This document shows, one piece after another, positions 25,654 through 38,988 of a stretch of DNA of 64,000 bases; within the stretch, counting starts at the first letter, position 1, and each line of letters begins with the position of its first letter. The notes under the pieces are model-generated. The model was given only the letters and a program-made list of their open reading frames with translations, searched no databases and had not been told where the DNA came from. Made by a program: the position numbers and the translations under genes. This DNA comes from Octopus bimaculoides. Its lineage: Eukaryota. Where the stretch lies: the NCBI RefSeq assembly GCF_001194135.2, contig NC_069006.1, positions 22,728,267 to 22,792,266 of the forward strand. Direction: 5' to 3'.

Positions 25654-25950
25654 TGGTGTATGTGTGCATTTAATTGGAGTTCTTTCTTTCTGTTGTTTCA
25701 ATATTTGGTTGTGTTAATAGAGGTACCAGGCAACAACCAGATGCGATGTCTTCAGTATGGGGATTCTGTTAACCCCCGTCTAGCTATTTGACACTTATAT
25801 GCACGTCTCTTATGTAAAACTTTCTTCAGCATTCTATTCTATAAAGGGCAAGGGTATAACAATGTTTCTGAGAGTATCATGTTGAATTGAGGGGTGCAAT
25901 TTGCAGTTTAAAATATCAGCGAACCCTCTCTTCAAATTACACCTTTTTGT

Positions 25951-26184
25951 TTAAACCCTTTCATTTTTCATATTTCTGCCAAAATACACTTCTTTTGTTT
26001 CAATTAATTTTGAAAATAACCAAAAATTTAGTACAATAATTTTGTTGCTATTAAGTTGTGTATTTGGAACATAAATTAACATGAAATCTTGGTGGAGGGT
26101 TTTCAACTTAGATCATTTAAAAGAGGAAGCTTGCACCATAGGACCAAGGGTAGTCCTGGACAGGTTGGTATCAATAGGGGCTAA
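25951..26184. mobile_element. piggyBac-like MITE related to the 3954 element
   Basis: Starts ttaaaccctttc...catatttct...gtttcaattaatt, which is similar to 3954-4050, and ends caggttggtatcaataggggctaa (a degenerate inverted terminus). Confidence 0.55.
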
Positions 26185-28945
26185 AAAAAAAGGGGGGGGG
26201 GAAACACTGTAAATAGTGTGGTCGTGGAGGTGCTGTGTCTGAAAGTGAGGTGGAATGATTAAAGGTCTAGCATCTTCAGTTGCAGATCAACTGAATCAGG
26301 ACTGTGCTAAGGGCTAAACAAGAATAAGACCATAATCTCTGATCATCCATTGGTGAATCAATGATTGATCTGTTTCTGTTCATGGCTGGGTTGTTCAGAG
26401 AGGAAAAAAGAAAAAAAAAGAAGCAAAATCATAAAAGCTAGATTTGTATCTAAGAAATCAATTAGTAATTATATTTTATATGTTAAACGATGGGTTTTTT
26501 ATCCCCCACCCCTTTTTTTTCTTATTAAAAATAATTAAATTGGAAAGGATATTTGACTGGATTGATTTTGTGCTAGATAATGGTGACCAGCTGAGCAAAC
26601 TTGCTATCAAATAGTTGGAGCTTTTATACACAGAGAGGAACCATTATGAATCTGAGGAGACTTGCAACATGGTTGTCAGACATGCTTTGACAATGTCACT
26701 CGTTTCACAAGCAAATTCCTTGGTGTGTTCTTTTTTTTTTTTTTACAGAAGGAACTAGGTGTTATATATATCCAAGATAAACATATATTTCCACAAACAG
26801 AACACAAACCAATGAGGGCATCTCAATATCAGGACTTGATCTGCTAGAAATAACAACCAAGTCTTTCTTAAATCATATTCTGGAGTTCTTAAAAACAGGA
26901 AGACATAGTGGATGATGTGATAATGGAATACTAATTCTAATCTTGTCTGTAAAAATACATGATTGTCATGGTTGGAATGTATTTGATAATTTGGTTGGAT
27001 CATACGGCAAAACCGGTGGTGGTGGTGGTGGTAGTATTAGTTCATGTGGTGGTGGTGGCAGCAGTGATTATGCTCTTACTGCCAAATCCATTTGGTGGTT
27101 TACTTATTGAGAAAAACCATATTTTGTTTTGGTTTTCCAATTCATTTCTTGTACAAATCTAACATAATTAGGGTAGGTTTGTTTGGATATTGAGTAGTAG
27201 GGTGTGAATGTATGTGTAACGTGAATGATTCTGTAGAGTGGCAATGTGTGTGTGCAATGAATTATGTGTGTGGATGTATGACTGTGTGTGTGTGTGTGTT
27301 TATGGGGTTGTATGGTTTGTATATATGTGTGTGTGTGTGTGTGTTGGTTGTATGTTTGTAGTGTTGAGTGTGTGAAAGAGCATGGGAGGCTGATGTTTTT
27401 AGCAGACAAACTGAAAGAGAAAACAAAACAACCAATCATCTTTTAGTTGAACTCAATTAGATGTCTTAAGAGTCTTATCACTTAAAGTCCTGGATAAAGA
27501 TGGAATGTATTTAGTTAGACTGTTAGACACTTGAAAGTATGTCTTTAATAGAACCAATGATACAAACATAAAGTTCGTCTATTTTACTACTAAACATTCC
27601 AATATATTTAATTAAACACACTCTTCAAAAGAGAGCTGAGAATTTTGTTGCAATATAAAGGTATATATATAAATCTTTCATCCTTTTAGGGTTGATAAAA
27701 TAAGTACAAGTTGCATCCTGGGGTTGATGTAATTGACTTACCTTGTCTCCTGAAATTTCTGGCCTTCTGCTAAAATTTGGAACCAATATACAGGTAACTG
27801 TACAAGGCAGTGAACTGGCAGAACCATTAGCATAGCAGACAATACTTTGCAACATTTTATCCATCTGAGTTCAAATCCTGCCAAGGTTGACAAATCTCAA
27901 AAATAGAGGAGATAATTTCAAGAGATAAATTTTGCTGGAAATTGTATGTTCATTGTTGGGGGAAGTAACCTGAGCTTTAAATTAACCCTTAAAGGGTTAA
28001 TGCTATGACATATTTGAATATCTGTCATTTATGTCATAAACTATGGAGAAGTTTTCAAGAAATGGAACATTCTAGTGTTTTAGTTGACTCTATGACCCTT
28101 CTATTATTCCAATTGAGTTCTTTCAGTTAAATTTGAGAGAAAACAAAAAGATTATGTGTAAATCTATAAAAACACCCAGGGGAGGTTTTTAGCTTGTGCA
28201 GTGTGAAAGATAAAATTTATTCTCCCTGCTTATTATATCAGACATAAGATTATTACTGGTAACATTGCCAGATAATTTGGTTCTTTATTCCCAGCAGATA
28301 AGCAAACTAAGGTGTATAGAATGAAGGTGCTGGCCAAAAATACACTACAAAATTCCTGCAGTGCATTTGAATTCAAAACGTATGGTTTGGCAGTTCCATA
28401 TCTATTTTGTTTTTTAAGCATCTCACTTATCACCAAAATTTTTTTTTCACACATACTCTAAAACAAAATTGGCATTTCCCAGACATTTCTTCCATTCACT
28501 CCAGTGCCTAGAACCTGTAGAAAAAATGAAAGAACAGTTTTTAACATACCATTGTGTAGCAGATATTTCTGACTTTCTTTGATGGCGTAGCGGTGGTGGG
28601 AAGTGGAGTTAAAGAGAGGTAGAACTTATTGTAAACAATGTTAGCTGTTTTGCCTCCCTCTTTGGTGTTTGGAATATAAAGAAAGCTGGTCGGTCAGTCA
28701 GTCGGAAGATTCCTGGAATGTACAGCATGCTGACTTAATCTTTCTGGTAAATTCTGATCTGTGTTTGAGTTAATTGGGCCCTATTGAGTGACACCTCAGT
28801 TGTTTTTCATTAAATACTTAAACTTATCCCTCACTGTGCATTGAGCGAAAGAGTGGGGTGTATAATACACAAGGTATATGGAATATAACTGAACACGGAG
28901 GTTGTAAAAGACACAATACTTGGCGTAATACTGTGTGTGTGTGTA

Positions 28946-29375
28946 CATGAGATGGTGCTGAAAAGTTTGTGGCTTAGGGTAAAAGAAAATACAGGAGGAT
29001 CAGTTAATTATGATTTTATTAAACATATTTCGAGCGTGGCCGTTTTCGTGCGGGTGACACGTAAAAGCACCCACTACACTCTCTGAGTGGTTGGCGTTAG
29101 GAAGGGCATCCAGCTGTAGAAACTCTGCCAAATCAGATTGGAGCCTGGTGTTGCCATCCGGTTTCACCAGCCCTCAGTCAAATCGTCCAACCCATGCTAG
29201 CATGGAAAGCGGACGTTAAACGATGATGATGATGATGATTCTCCTCTTAGATTCACACATTTATTGCAGCAATTCTTCAGTTTTTCTAAGCCCTTTAAAA
29301 GAACTCGAAAAGTTAGACCTCCAGCCAGGCCTTTCACGATACCCTTAAAGCCAGGAACTTTTCAGCACCCCCTTG
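28946..29375. mobile_element. Mariner-type MITE (TA-flanked) interrupted by a SINE/LINE-tail insertion
   Basis: Inverted termini ggtgctgaaaagtttgtggctt and aagccaggaacttttcagcacc, with TA on both outer sides. Confidence 0.75.
29031..29239 (+). mobile_element. Young 5'-truncated retroposon (RTE-tail SINE) ending in (GAT)n
   Basis: CpG-rich; ends aacccatgctagcatggaaagcggacgttaaac(gat)6. Older relatives are at about 15375-15537 (+), 31672-31800 (-) and 35437-35500 (-). Confidence 0.8.
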
Positions 29376-29584
29376 TATATTTAAGTATACATACACATAT
29401 ATAAATACACACACTCACACACATTACACTTATTCAAATATTAATGGTTAAACTAAACAATTGATAATTCTCCATTTTCTTCTGTGTGTGTATGTGTGTA
29501 TGTGTGTGTTTTATAGGTGCAGGGGTGGCTGTGTGGTTAACTTTACTTCCCAAATACATAGTTCTGTTGTTTCCTGTGCTACTT

Positions 29585-30427
29585 TGTTACAAATTGATGG
29601 CTCATAAAGGATATTTGAGCTGTCCAAAGAAGTTATAGTCAGAAGGGACAAGATCTGGACTGCATGCAGGCTGTCCTGGCCTTGCAACCCAGTTTTTCAG
29701 TGATTTACAATGGTATGGGCAGCTGTATGTGGGTACACATTGTGCTTATGATAATGCTTGATTTACCAATAAATCTCAGCATTTGGCATGAATTGCTGGT
29801 TTCAGTTTGTTGACCAGTATGTCACTGTGGTCTACACTGGTAACTATAGACCCCTTTTCCAGATAATGTTTCAGTACAGGTCTCTTTTGTGTGCCCCAAA
29901 ATTGTTAGCATCACGTTTTCTGTGGAATGCTGAGTCTCAAGTTTCTTTTTCATTGGCAATTACAGATATTTCCTCTCCATACTCTGCCTTTTCGAATCCG
30001 GCTCACCTCCTGTGACTATTCTCGCCAGAAAAACGCTTCACCTTCATCATTGTAGTGGTTGGGTAACTGTTGACAGATCTCCACATGATTGTGCTTATGC
30101 AGTTTGTAAGCTCCCTTGGCATCCACCTCGCACAGACTTTATGTAAGACATGCCACTTCGTTGACCGTCACTCATTGGTTTGCTAGGACCATCTCTCAAG
30201 TTTACCCAGGCTCCATATCAGTGGTGGAGGTTGATGAGTATCCTACTCCCCCTCCATGCATCACATTTGTCCGACCATTTTTACACTTCTCTATCTGCAC
30301 TTGTGCATGGTAGAGCATTGTTCCCTTATTGTACTGAAAGCCTGTGGTGTATTTCAGCCCCTGACCCATCTTCAGGCCTGAGAAATCAGATCACTTTATC
30401 TTTTTCCTCCTTGGTGCACATGGCCAT
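29585..30427 (-). mobile_element. Decayed near-full-length mariner transposase
   Basis: Minus strand gives MAMCTKEE..VI.FL...GAEIH, HKVCARWMPRELT (WVPREL motif), RIVTG, KVML-like and PACSPDLVPSDYNFFGQLK (YSPDLAPSDY motif), with multiple stops and frameshifts. Confidence 0.88.
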
Positions 30428-30611
30428 GTTTACTCTGTAACACAAGAAAGAAAACAGGAGCAATCAAGGTCAAACGTTGTTGGTTACATAACCACAAAAG
30501 TACTATCTTTTTAGAACACATGTACTGAAATGTGTGTGTGTGTATAGGTATATATGCAGTATGTGTAATGTATACATATATATGCACACACATGTATGTA
30601 TATAAGTGTAC

Positions 30612-30612
<1 letters not shown>

Positions 30613-30681
<69 letters not shown>
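30613..30681. repeat. (AT)n microsatellite within a degenerate AT/CA/TG-rich tract (30520-30850)
   Basis: Direct reading. Similar tracts at 1739-1790, 36518-36543 and 42058-42108. Confidence 0.97.
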
Positions 30682-30684
<3 letters not shown>

Positions 30685-33573
30685 CACACTCATATACATG
30701 TATATTTGTGTATGTGTTTGCATATGTATACTTGTTTGTATGTGTGTGTATATGTGTGTACAATATAAGTATGTGTGTGTGTGTATACATATATAACATG
30801 TATACATACATATATAGATACACTTGTGTGTGCATGTGCATATTTTATCCCTCCCCCCTACATCTATATGTACAATATTCTATAATAATGCCATTATTGT
30901 ATGCATTGTATAGTCTATAGTCTTCTGTAATCCTCGGTGGTTGTTATGGTAGGATTGTTTTATTCTGTGTTTCCTTTTTCTCTTTCTTTTATGCACTTAT
31001 AAATCTCTACTCTCTCCTTTTCACCATTTCTCTATTTCATATACATTGTTATGTATTCATTTATATATCTATCTCTGCACTTAAGAAAATTTCTGTCCCA
31101 GTTCTCTAAGCTAGGAATATTGTTGTCTACAGAGATTTGAGACTGTTTTACTGACACTGAACTAAATAAGACTTCGAATTTCCACGTTTCATAATCTTAT
31201 TTATTATAAATGATTTTGTTTGCTATGCCATAAGTACTTCAGCAGACTTCATACAATCAAAAACTTGTATGACCCCCACCGCCCTTCTGTCTGATATTTT
31301 ATATTGCTGCTTGTGATGATGATGATGTTCATAATCAAATGTTGTGCTTATTGGGTTGGAAGAATTGTTAACAAAATAATGCCTTGTGATATTTTGTTGG
31401 TTTGTTTTTGATTCCGAGTTTCAAATCTTGTTATCCCAGTCAACTTTGCTACTTTATCAACCCCAAAACAATGAAAAGTAGTTAAGTTTTGGGGGTTGAT
31501 TTAATCAGACCCTTTTATGCCAAGTGTCTGTCATTATGCCTTTATTAGAAATTATTGCCCTCATTTTTTTTTTTTCTTTTCTATAATCAATTCTGTATAA
31601 AACCACACTATTTTTGTAATTTCTCCTTGTAATGTATCTTTGTCCATTGCTCCTGTGCCAAATAAAATAAACCATTCATCATCGTCCATTTAATGTCTAC
31701 TTTTCCATGCTGGCATGGGTTGGACAGAATTTGTAGAGGCAGATTTTTCTGTAGCTGGATCCTCTTCCTATCACCAACCTTCGCCTGATTCCAAATAAGG
31801 TGATATTCCTCCATTTCCGACAGGTTTTCACAGGAGAACAAAGGACACCACTTGCATAATGGTGACACTCCTTTACAATTATCACACAATATCAAGACAA
31901 AGAGACTGTAACACCACACACACATGTATGCAACAGGCTTCTTTCAGTTTCTGTCTACCAAATTCATTAATAAGGCTTTAAACAACCCAGGGTTATAGTG
32001 GAAGACACTTACCCAAAGTACCAAGCAGTAAGAGTGAACCTGGAATGATGTTGGTGGGAAGCCAGCTTCTTACTACACAGGTAAATGTCTGCACCTGTCA
32101 TTATTAATTAATTAAAGGTAGTGGATTGACAGACTCATTAAAACATCAGACCAAATTCCCTACGGTATTTAGAGCCCCTTTTCATTGGCACAAGCTCAAC
32201 TTGTGTGAAGTCAATTTAGCCTTTCATCCTTTCAGGGTCCATAAAATATTATACTCCTCTGCACAAATTTGTGGCCCTGTCTTTATGTTAGAAATTATTA
32301 TCAGCATTTTTTGTTATTACAGTTGGAGGAATTATTGCTTTTAGCTCTCCTCCCCGACCCTCCGATCAGCTGATATCACACATATGATGAAGACTGTCCA
32401 AGTCATGAACATACCATCTTTTATTTATTTTGCAGCACTACCGTAACTCTCCCACTCTCCGACCTTGTTATGTCATGTACCTTTCTTTCTTTTTTTTTTC
32501 CAATTAAGGTTTTGGGGTGGCATTTGAAGAAGATTTCGGTGCTATTTCTTTTTTTTTGACAGATTGAATAGGGACCACCTCGTTTCTGTTCTTGTGGTTG
32601 TTGTTATTGTCTAACCCCTTGAGCAGTCAACCCTGATTGAGAAGTTCCTTCATCAAAAACATTCCTGACACAGTTATTCTATTTTTTTCTCTGGGCACAA
32701 TCTGTCTAGAATCTCGTTAAGCTGATAGGGTCCTCTTCTCAAGACCCTTTTACCTTTCTCTTCTCCTGGAATTTCTTTTCCAGTGTGCCCTTTTTCTATT
32801 TTTAGGTCGATAGGTGTGATTTAAGAGAGATTAGGTTGTTGTTTCAAGTAAGTAGAACAACCATGTGGTAGTCAGTCATATGGAGTCATTTTTGTTGTTT
32901 TTTGGTGTTTGTGGTTGGTTGGCAGAAATGGAAGGGTTCAAGATTATGTTGCCTTAACTGTGGCATTATTCTTCAAAGATTGAAGCTGATAACCCCTGCA
33001 GAAACTTAAAACATTGGAATCTGTGGGAATGATGAAATCGGTGCTCTTGGCTTTCAATCTACCCCTCTCTCCTTATCCTCGGAAAGATTGGTATTGGATC
33101 CAGTCAGAAATCAACAGAAGTCATTGCATGGCTGGTTAAGAAGTCTGCTTCTCAAACATGTGGTTTTGGGTTCAATCCTGTTATGTGGCACCTTGGAGAA
33201 ATATCTTCTATTAGGACCTCCCAACTCAATAAATCCTTGTGAGTGGATTTGGTTGTTGGCAACTGAAAGAAAGCCTCTCCCTCTCTGTATATATATCTCT
33301 TTTAGCTTGTTTTAGTCTTTTGGAGCACTGCCTTCAAGTTGAATGAATTGATACCAGGACTTGTTTTATTTTAAAGCCGAATACTGATTCTGTTGGTCTC
33401 TTTTCCCAAACATGTGTACCATGCAAACGAACCATTTTTGTTGCATTGTTTTTGCATAATAAAGAATATAGAGATGGGTGGTGTGAGGTGAAGTTGTGAT
33501 GTTGATGCCTTTACAGTCATGTATTAACTGATGTCTTTCTCTCTATGTTGCAGAGCCTAACAGAATCATCACC

Positions 33574-33680
33574 ATGAGAGTGTCTGTCAAGTTCATCATT
33601 TGTGGCTTCCTGATATTCTGTGTGATCTTCTTCAGCTGGTTTCGGTGTCCCAACATACAAAATGATGACAACTTAATTAT
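33574..33680 (+). CDS. GLCE: GLCE coding exon 1 ([35 protein letters not shown]; cytosolic tail plus transmembrane anchor)
   Basis: accATG start context, hydrophobic anchor, and donor AT|GTAAGT at 33681. Phase 2 joins exon 2 in frame (AT+G = Met). An upstream acceptor ttgcag ends at 33553, implying a non-coding exon further 5'. Not in the ORF track. Confidence 0.85.
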
Positions 33681-34118
33681 GTAAGTACATGACGACACTT
33701 TAATTATTTCATATAACTGAATGGTTAACAATTTAGTTTTGCAATCATTAGGTCGTTTCTGGGATTGATCCCATTGTTTGGTACTTTGGACAAGTGTAAT
33801 TTCTCATAGCATCAGGTCAATCTGAACAAAGCCTTGTGAGTGAAATTGGGACTGTGGCAGCCTGGTTGAAAGGATTGTACATCAAAGATCCAACCTTATT
33901 GCTTTCTGTGTTATGCTGAGTTCTGCTTGACAAATATTTTATAAGTAAATATGTCTGAAGAACACTCAGCCATGTATATGCTAATTTAACAAGTAGTTCA
34001 GTTGACACCAAACAACTCTGTTTTTTTGTCAACAGCAGCAGAACCAACATACATACATACATACATACATACATGCATATATATATATGTGTGTGTGTGT
34101 CTGTGTGTGTGTGTGTGT

Positions 34119-34162
<44 letters not shown>

Positions 34163-36479
34163 ACACATGCACAAAAGAAAAAGGGATTAAAAATTCAGAC
34201 AGATACTCGTGAAGCATTCTGTTGGAGTCAAACTTGACTAACCAAATTGACCAGAGAAAGTCCTTGCAATCCATGTAGTTAATCCACTGTCGACTGCCTG
34301 GCTAATCTGTAAAGCCAAAGTTGATATACAGAAAAATTTGGCATTCGGTCACAGAATATAGTAGAAAACAAAAGAATGGGGATTTATTCATTTGTAATCT
34401 TGTGTGCATTTTCGATTGATTGGTATTGCATAGTTTTGAAATTTATTAATGTTGCATATTGAGATCAATCCGTATTTGATTGACTCCAGAGATCAAGAAA
34501 TTAACACCAACATGTCCTTCTCTAAATCTCACTACACAAGTCTTATTCTCAGGAGTCTCTTTTTCTTCTTTCTCCTCTCTCTTATTTTCTCTTTGAACAT
34601 ATCTCTCTTTCTCTCTCCCACCCTCCACTCATCTCCCACCCTCCACTCATCTCCCACCCTCCACTCATCTCTTTTTTAATATTTCAATTTTTATCGTATA
34701 ATCGTCATGTTATTCAGATCTTGGCAGTAGATTTGTATAATCATCAGAGCATCACACAAATTGCTTTCTTTTGTTTTGCTATGACCTTTTTGAGGCCATA
34801 ACTACATGGTTGCTCTCCTTACTAGCAACAACAACCAACTCTCCTGCAAAAAGGCATTAACTAAACAACACAATGATGACTTGAATGTTTCTTGTTCAGC
34901 TTGAAGTCCGCTCCAATCAAGCTGTGACCATTTTGTCTTTTTCTCTAGAACCACATTTAATGCCATGTGTCCTTTTTAAAGTTGCTGGAGTGTAATTTGA
35001 GAAATATTTGGTTGCTATTTCTAGCAGTTCAAGCAATCATGTAGAGGCTCTTTTGTTGACATTGAAGGGGATTTTAAGGTCTCACTGCTTAGCACCTCTT
35101 GCATTACAGGGCTTAGTGAATGATAAATCTGCTGTATAGGACACCAATTAACATTCCAAGGAGATTTGGCATAATAATAATACATGACAACTTGACAAAT
35201 TGAACCAAGAGGAAGGGAGATAAAACTCTCCATTCTGGATATGATACTCGCCTAACAAATATAACAACATTTCTACAATGTCTGGTAATTATTTTTGACA
35301 ACTGAGGCATGTAATAATCTAAGAGAATCTCACTCTGCTCCCTTGCCCGGAGTTAATACAACTTGAGCCAACTTGGGTGATACTATATGGCTGTAGAAAT
35401 AGCAGTCAAATTCCCTTCAAAATCACATCATACCATCGTCATCATCATCATTTAATGTCCGTTGTCCATGCTGGCATGGGTTAGAGAGTTTGACCAGGGC
35501 TGGCAATCATTACAACTTGCGATGAGAATAGGGCTGCAGGCTTAGTAGGGTGTTTAAGGAGTCTACTCCATGTTGAAGTTGAGAGTTCAATCCTACTGTG
35601 CAGCACCTTGGGCAAATGTTTTCTTCTGTTGATTCAATTTGACCAAATCATTGTAAAAGGAATTTTGAGAACAAAAATTGTGTGTGAAGACAGGAAAAAA
35701 GTTATCATAGGTGAAATTTGAATGTTGCATCTGGAATGGAAAAAAAAAACCTGACAATTAAAATAACAAATTGATGAGAAAAGCTATATTTATTTATTAA
35801 ATGTTTGTGTGGGAATATGTATGTGGCTGTGGGTGTGTTTGTATGTTGGATGCATGGGAGTTAGGGATGGGGTACTTGCAGGTGTTTTGGTTACGTGATC
35901 TAATAAGTGTAGACACCTGATCATTCTACCCTGTATGAGGAGATATCTGTACCTGGTGGCTTGTTTGTAAGTCGGGATTTAAAACATTAGAATAACGTTA
36001 GATACGCTAACTTGATAGGGGTTTATGTATTTTTGTGTGTGTGTGTATTTATGCCAGTGTGGGTATGTATGTATGTGTATGAATGTCTGAATACATGTGA
36101 ATTCATGTGTGTATGTATGTCAGTTGAATGTACATGTTATTGTGGATATGTGCAACAGGATGCGTGTGTTTTTGGTATATGTGTTTGAAGCATATTGACA
36201 TCATAGTGTGCAGTTGAGGCACACACACTCACTGAAGCTGTTGTGGAAGAAAAGAGAGAGAGAGAGAGCAAAGGAAATTGGTGTAAGATAAGTACAGATA
36301 ATAGTCAGTATGAATGGCTGGATGTTAATGATTGCCAGGTGTGTGTGTAATTAGGTTAATATTTGTGTTTACAAACTAGACGAATAAATATTCAATACAT
36401 GATATAGAGCTGATAGTGTTTACTTTTGGGGTTTGGAAATCTAAAGTTGGTCGTAATTTATATAGTTGTTTTCCGCTTC

Positions 36480-36548
<69 letters not shown>

Positions 36549-38487
36549 TAGTTATAAGGATTCAATAGAATCTAGGCATATCAACATGTAGGATGTCAGA
36601 AATGGCTATATATGTGTGTATATTCATATATGTGTGTATACTCATGTGTGTGTATACTCGTGTGTATACTCATATATGTATGTGTGTATACTCATGTATG
36701 TATACACATATATGTATGTGTGTATACACATATATGTATGTGTATAGTAATGTATATGTATACATATATGTATGTATGTATGTATATACGTATATGTATG
36801 TACATGCAGTGTTATAAAGCTATTAGTACATATGATCTATAGGTTCAACTAAACGATTCTTCTTTTGTTGTTTAAAATTACAATCTTATGGTGTCATCAG
36901 TGTTTGTTTGAGACGTTTTTCTTCTTTCTCTTCATAGATGCTATATACACCCTCCTATGCATAACTCCTTTCTGCATCACTACTATCTACATACGCATAT
37001 CTGTTGGATGTACGTAACACATTGCTATGTTAAGTTCACTGACATATCAATGGTTTCAGGTTTTGATTTTCTTTTGCATGGCATTTTAAGTGGATTCCAA
37101 AATATGGTGATTGGTCAACGGCTGATGAAGGGAGGCTCCCGTAATGCAATCTGCGTATTTAACATATAACACATGTATGCACACACAATATGGATTATAA
37201 ACTATGGTTTTGTGCATGTGTGGTTGTTGTATAGCCCCATATTGACCCCGTTTATTCAAACCTATGAAGACATTCTAGCCATGGCCATCCTGTCATTTAA
37301 GGGATATCTAGGACTACATTAGCTAATGTGTTCTTCCATTTAAAAATAAAGAATTTTGTAGATAGAAGTATGGTATTTGAGGAAGATTTGGTCTCTATTT
37401 GTAACAATTCATGTGACTAAAAGTGTGCCTACATAAAAATACTAAACTATTTAATCTTTTAAGATGCAGGAAATTTAATATAAAACATGATCATCAAAAT
37501 GGTTTGGATGAATATTAAATTTGGGTGTAAAAAGAGAAAGAAAAATAAAAAGATAAAACATGTAACTCATATTTTTTTAAGCTCAAATTGTGGGAGGTCC
37601 ACATATTTCAGATCACATTGTACTCAAGTAAATATAGTATATACGTGTATGTCTGGACCCCCCCCCCCCNNNNNNNNNNNGAATTTATGTATATATATAT
37701 ATATATATACACACACACATACACGCACACATCACACATACAGGAGATATACTTGCTTGGCAAGTGATTTGATCTGAGACCATATGTTTAAACTAAAATA
37801 ATTACAGCGTGAAAGACATATTAGCTGTTCAAAAATCGCACAAAAACTGTTAATTTCACTTAAACATTTATATTTGGCGTCAAAATTTTCATTGCACCAA
37901 CTGCAATCTGGTCAATGGCACAGCTTTGCCAGGTTGTTAGTTGTTGCGGCAGAAATTTTGACACCAAATAATGATTTAGTGAAGAGAATTGTTCTAGTGT
38001 GACTTTAGATAGATAATATGCTGCCGTTGTTGTTGTTGTTAAGGTGGTGAGCTAGCAGAATCATTAGCACACCGGGTGAAATGCTTACTGATATTTCATC
38101 TGTCTTCGTGTTCTGAGTTCAAATTCCACCAAGGTCGACTTTGCCATTCATCCTTTCAGGGTCCATAAAATAAGTACCAGTTCCCTATTATGGGTAAGGG
38201 CAAAATCCAGTGCTTCCCAGTGACTGGTAGTTTTATCTTGAAGTTAATATCTGCTGCTATCCCAAGCATTCTTCCACCCTCAGATGAAACTATGAGCTGT
38301 TGTAAGGCATTGAATGTTTCCAATACTAACCATAAAATCTTTGGTTAAAAGTACAATCAGAAACACGTGGAAGGATTTTATGATGTTGTTGTTGTACCTA
38401 ATATGCTGTCCTTACACTCTGTGTGTGTGTGTGTGTATCAGTGAATATACACAATTTGTGGGGTTTTTATGAATGAAAATACATTGC

Positions 38488-38526
<39 letters not shown>

Positions 38527-38957
38527 GAAAATATATATTTAGTCATGTGATTGCATACAATCACTGAGTACATTTGTGTATCTGTTGGTAAATATAGACC
38601 CAAGCCATGGCTGTAAAATGCACAGAAATCACCACATGAACATACATGCACATGCAACCCCCCCCCCCCACACACACACACACAAACATCGCAGAGGGCT
38701 TCACAGCTTGACAGAATCAATCATGGGGTGTCTGGTAGGCCCCTGTTTTTAAAGGGGCCTGGTCTGCTGGTGCACATCTGTACAACCACAACATCCTGGA
38801 GACAGGGCAGTGAGTTTGCTTGATGTGTCGGGGTGGGGGGTGGAGGACCATCTGTTTTGGAGCTGGGTTAGTTGTGATGGTGGAGGCAGTGGTGGTGTTG
38901 GTGGTGGTGATAGTGATGGTAGGAATGTTGAGTGCTATGTCTGTGTGTGTGTGTGTG

Positions 38958-38988
<31 letters not shown>

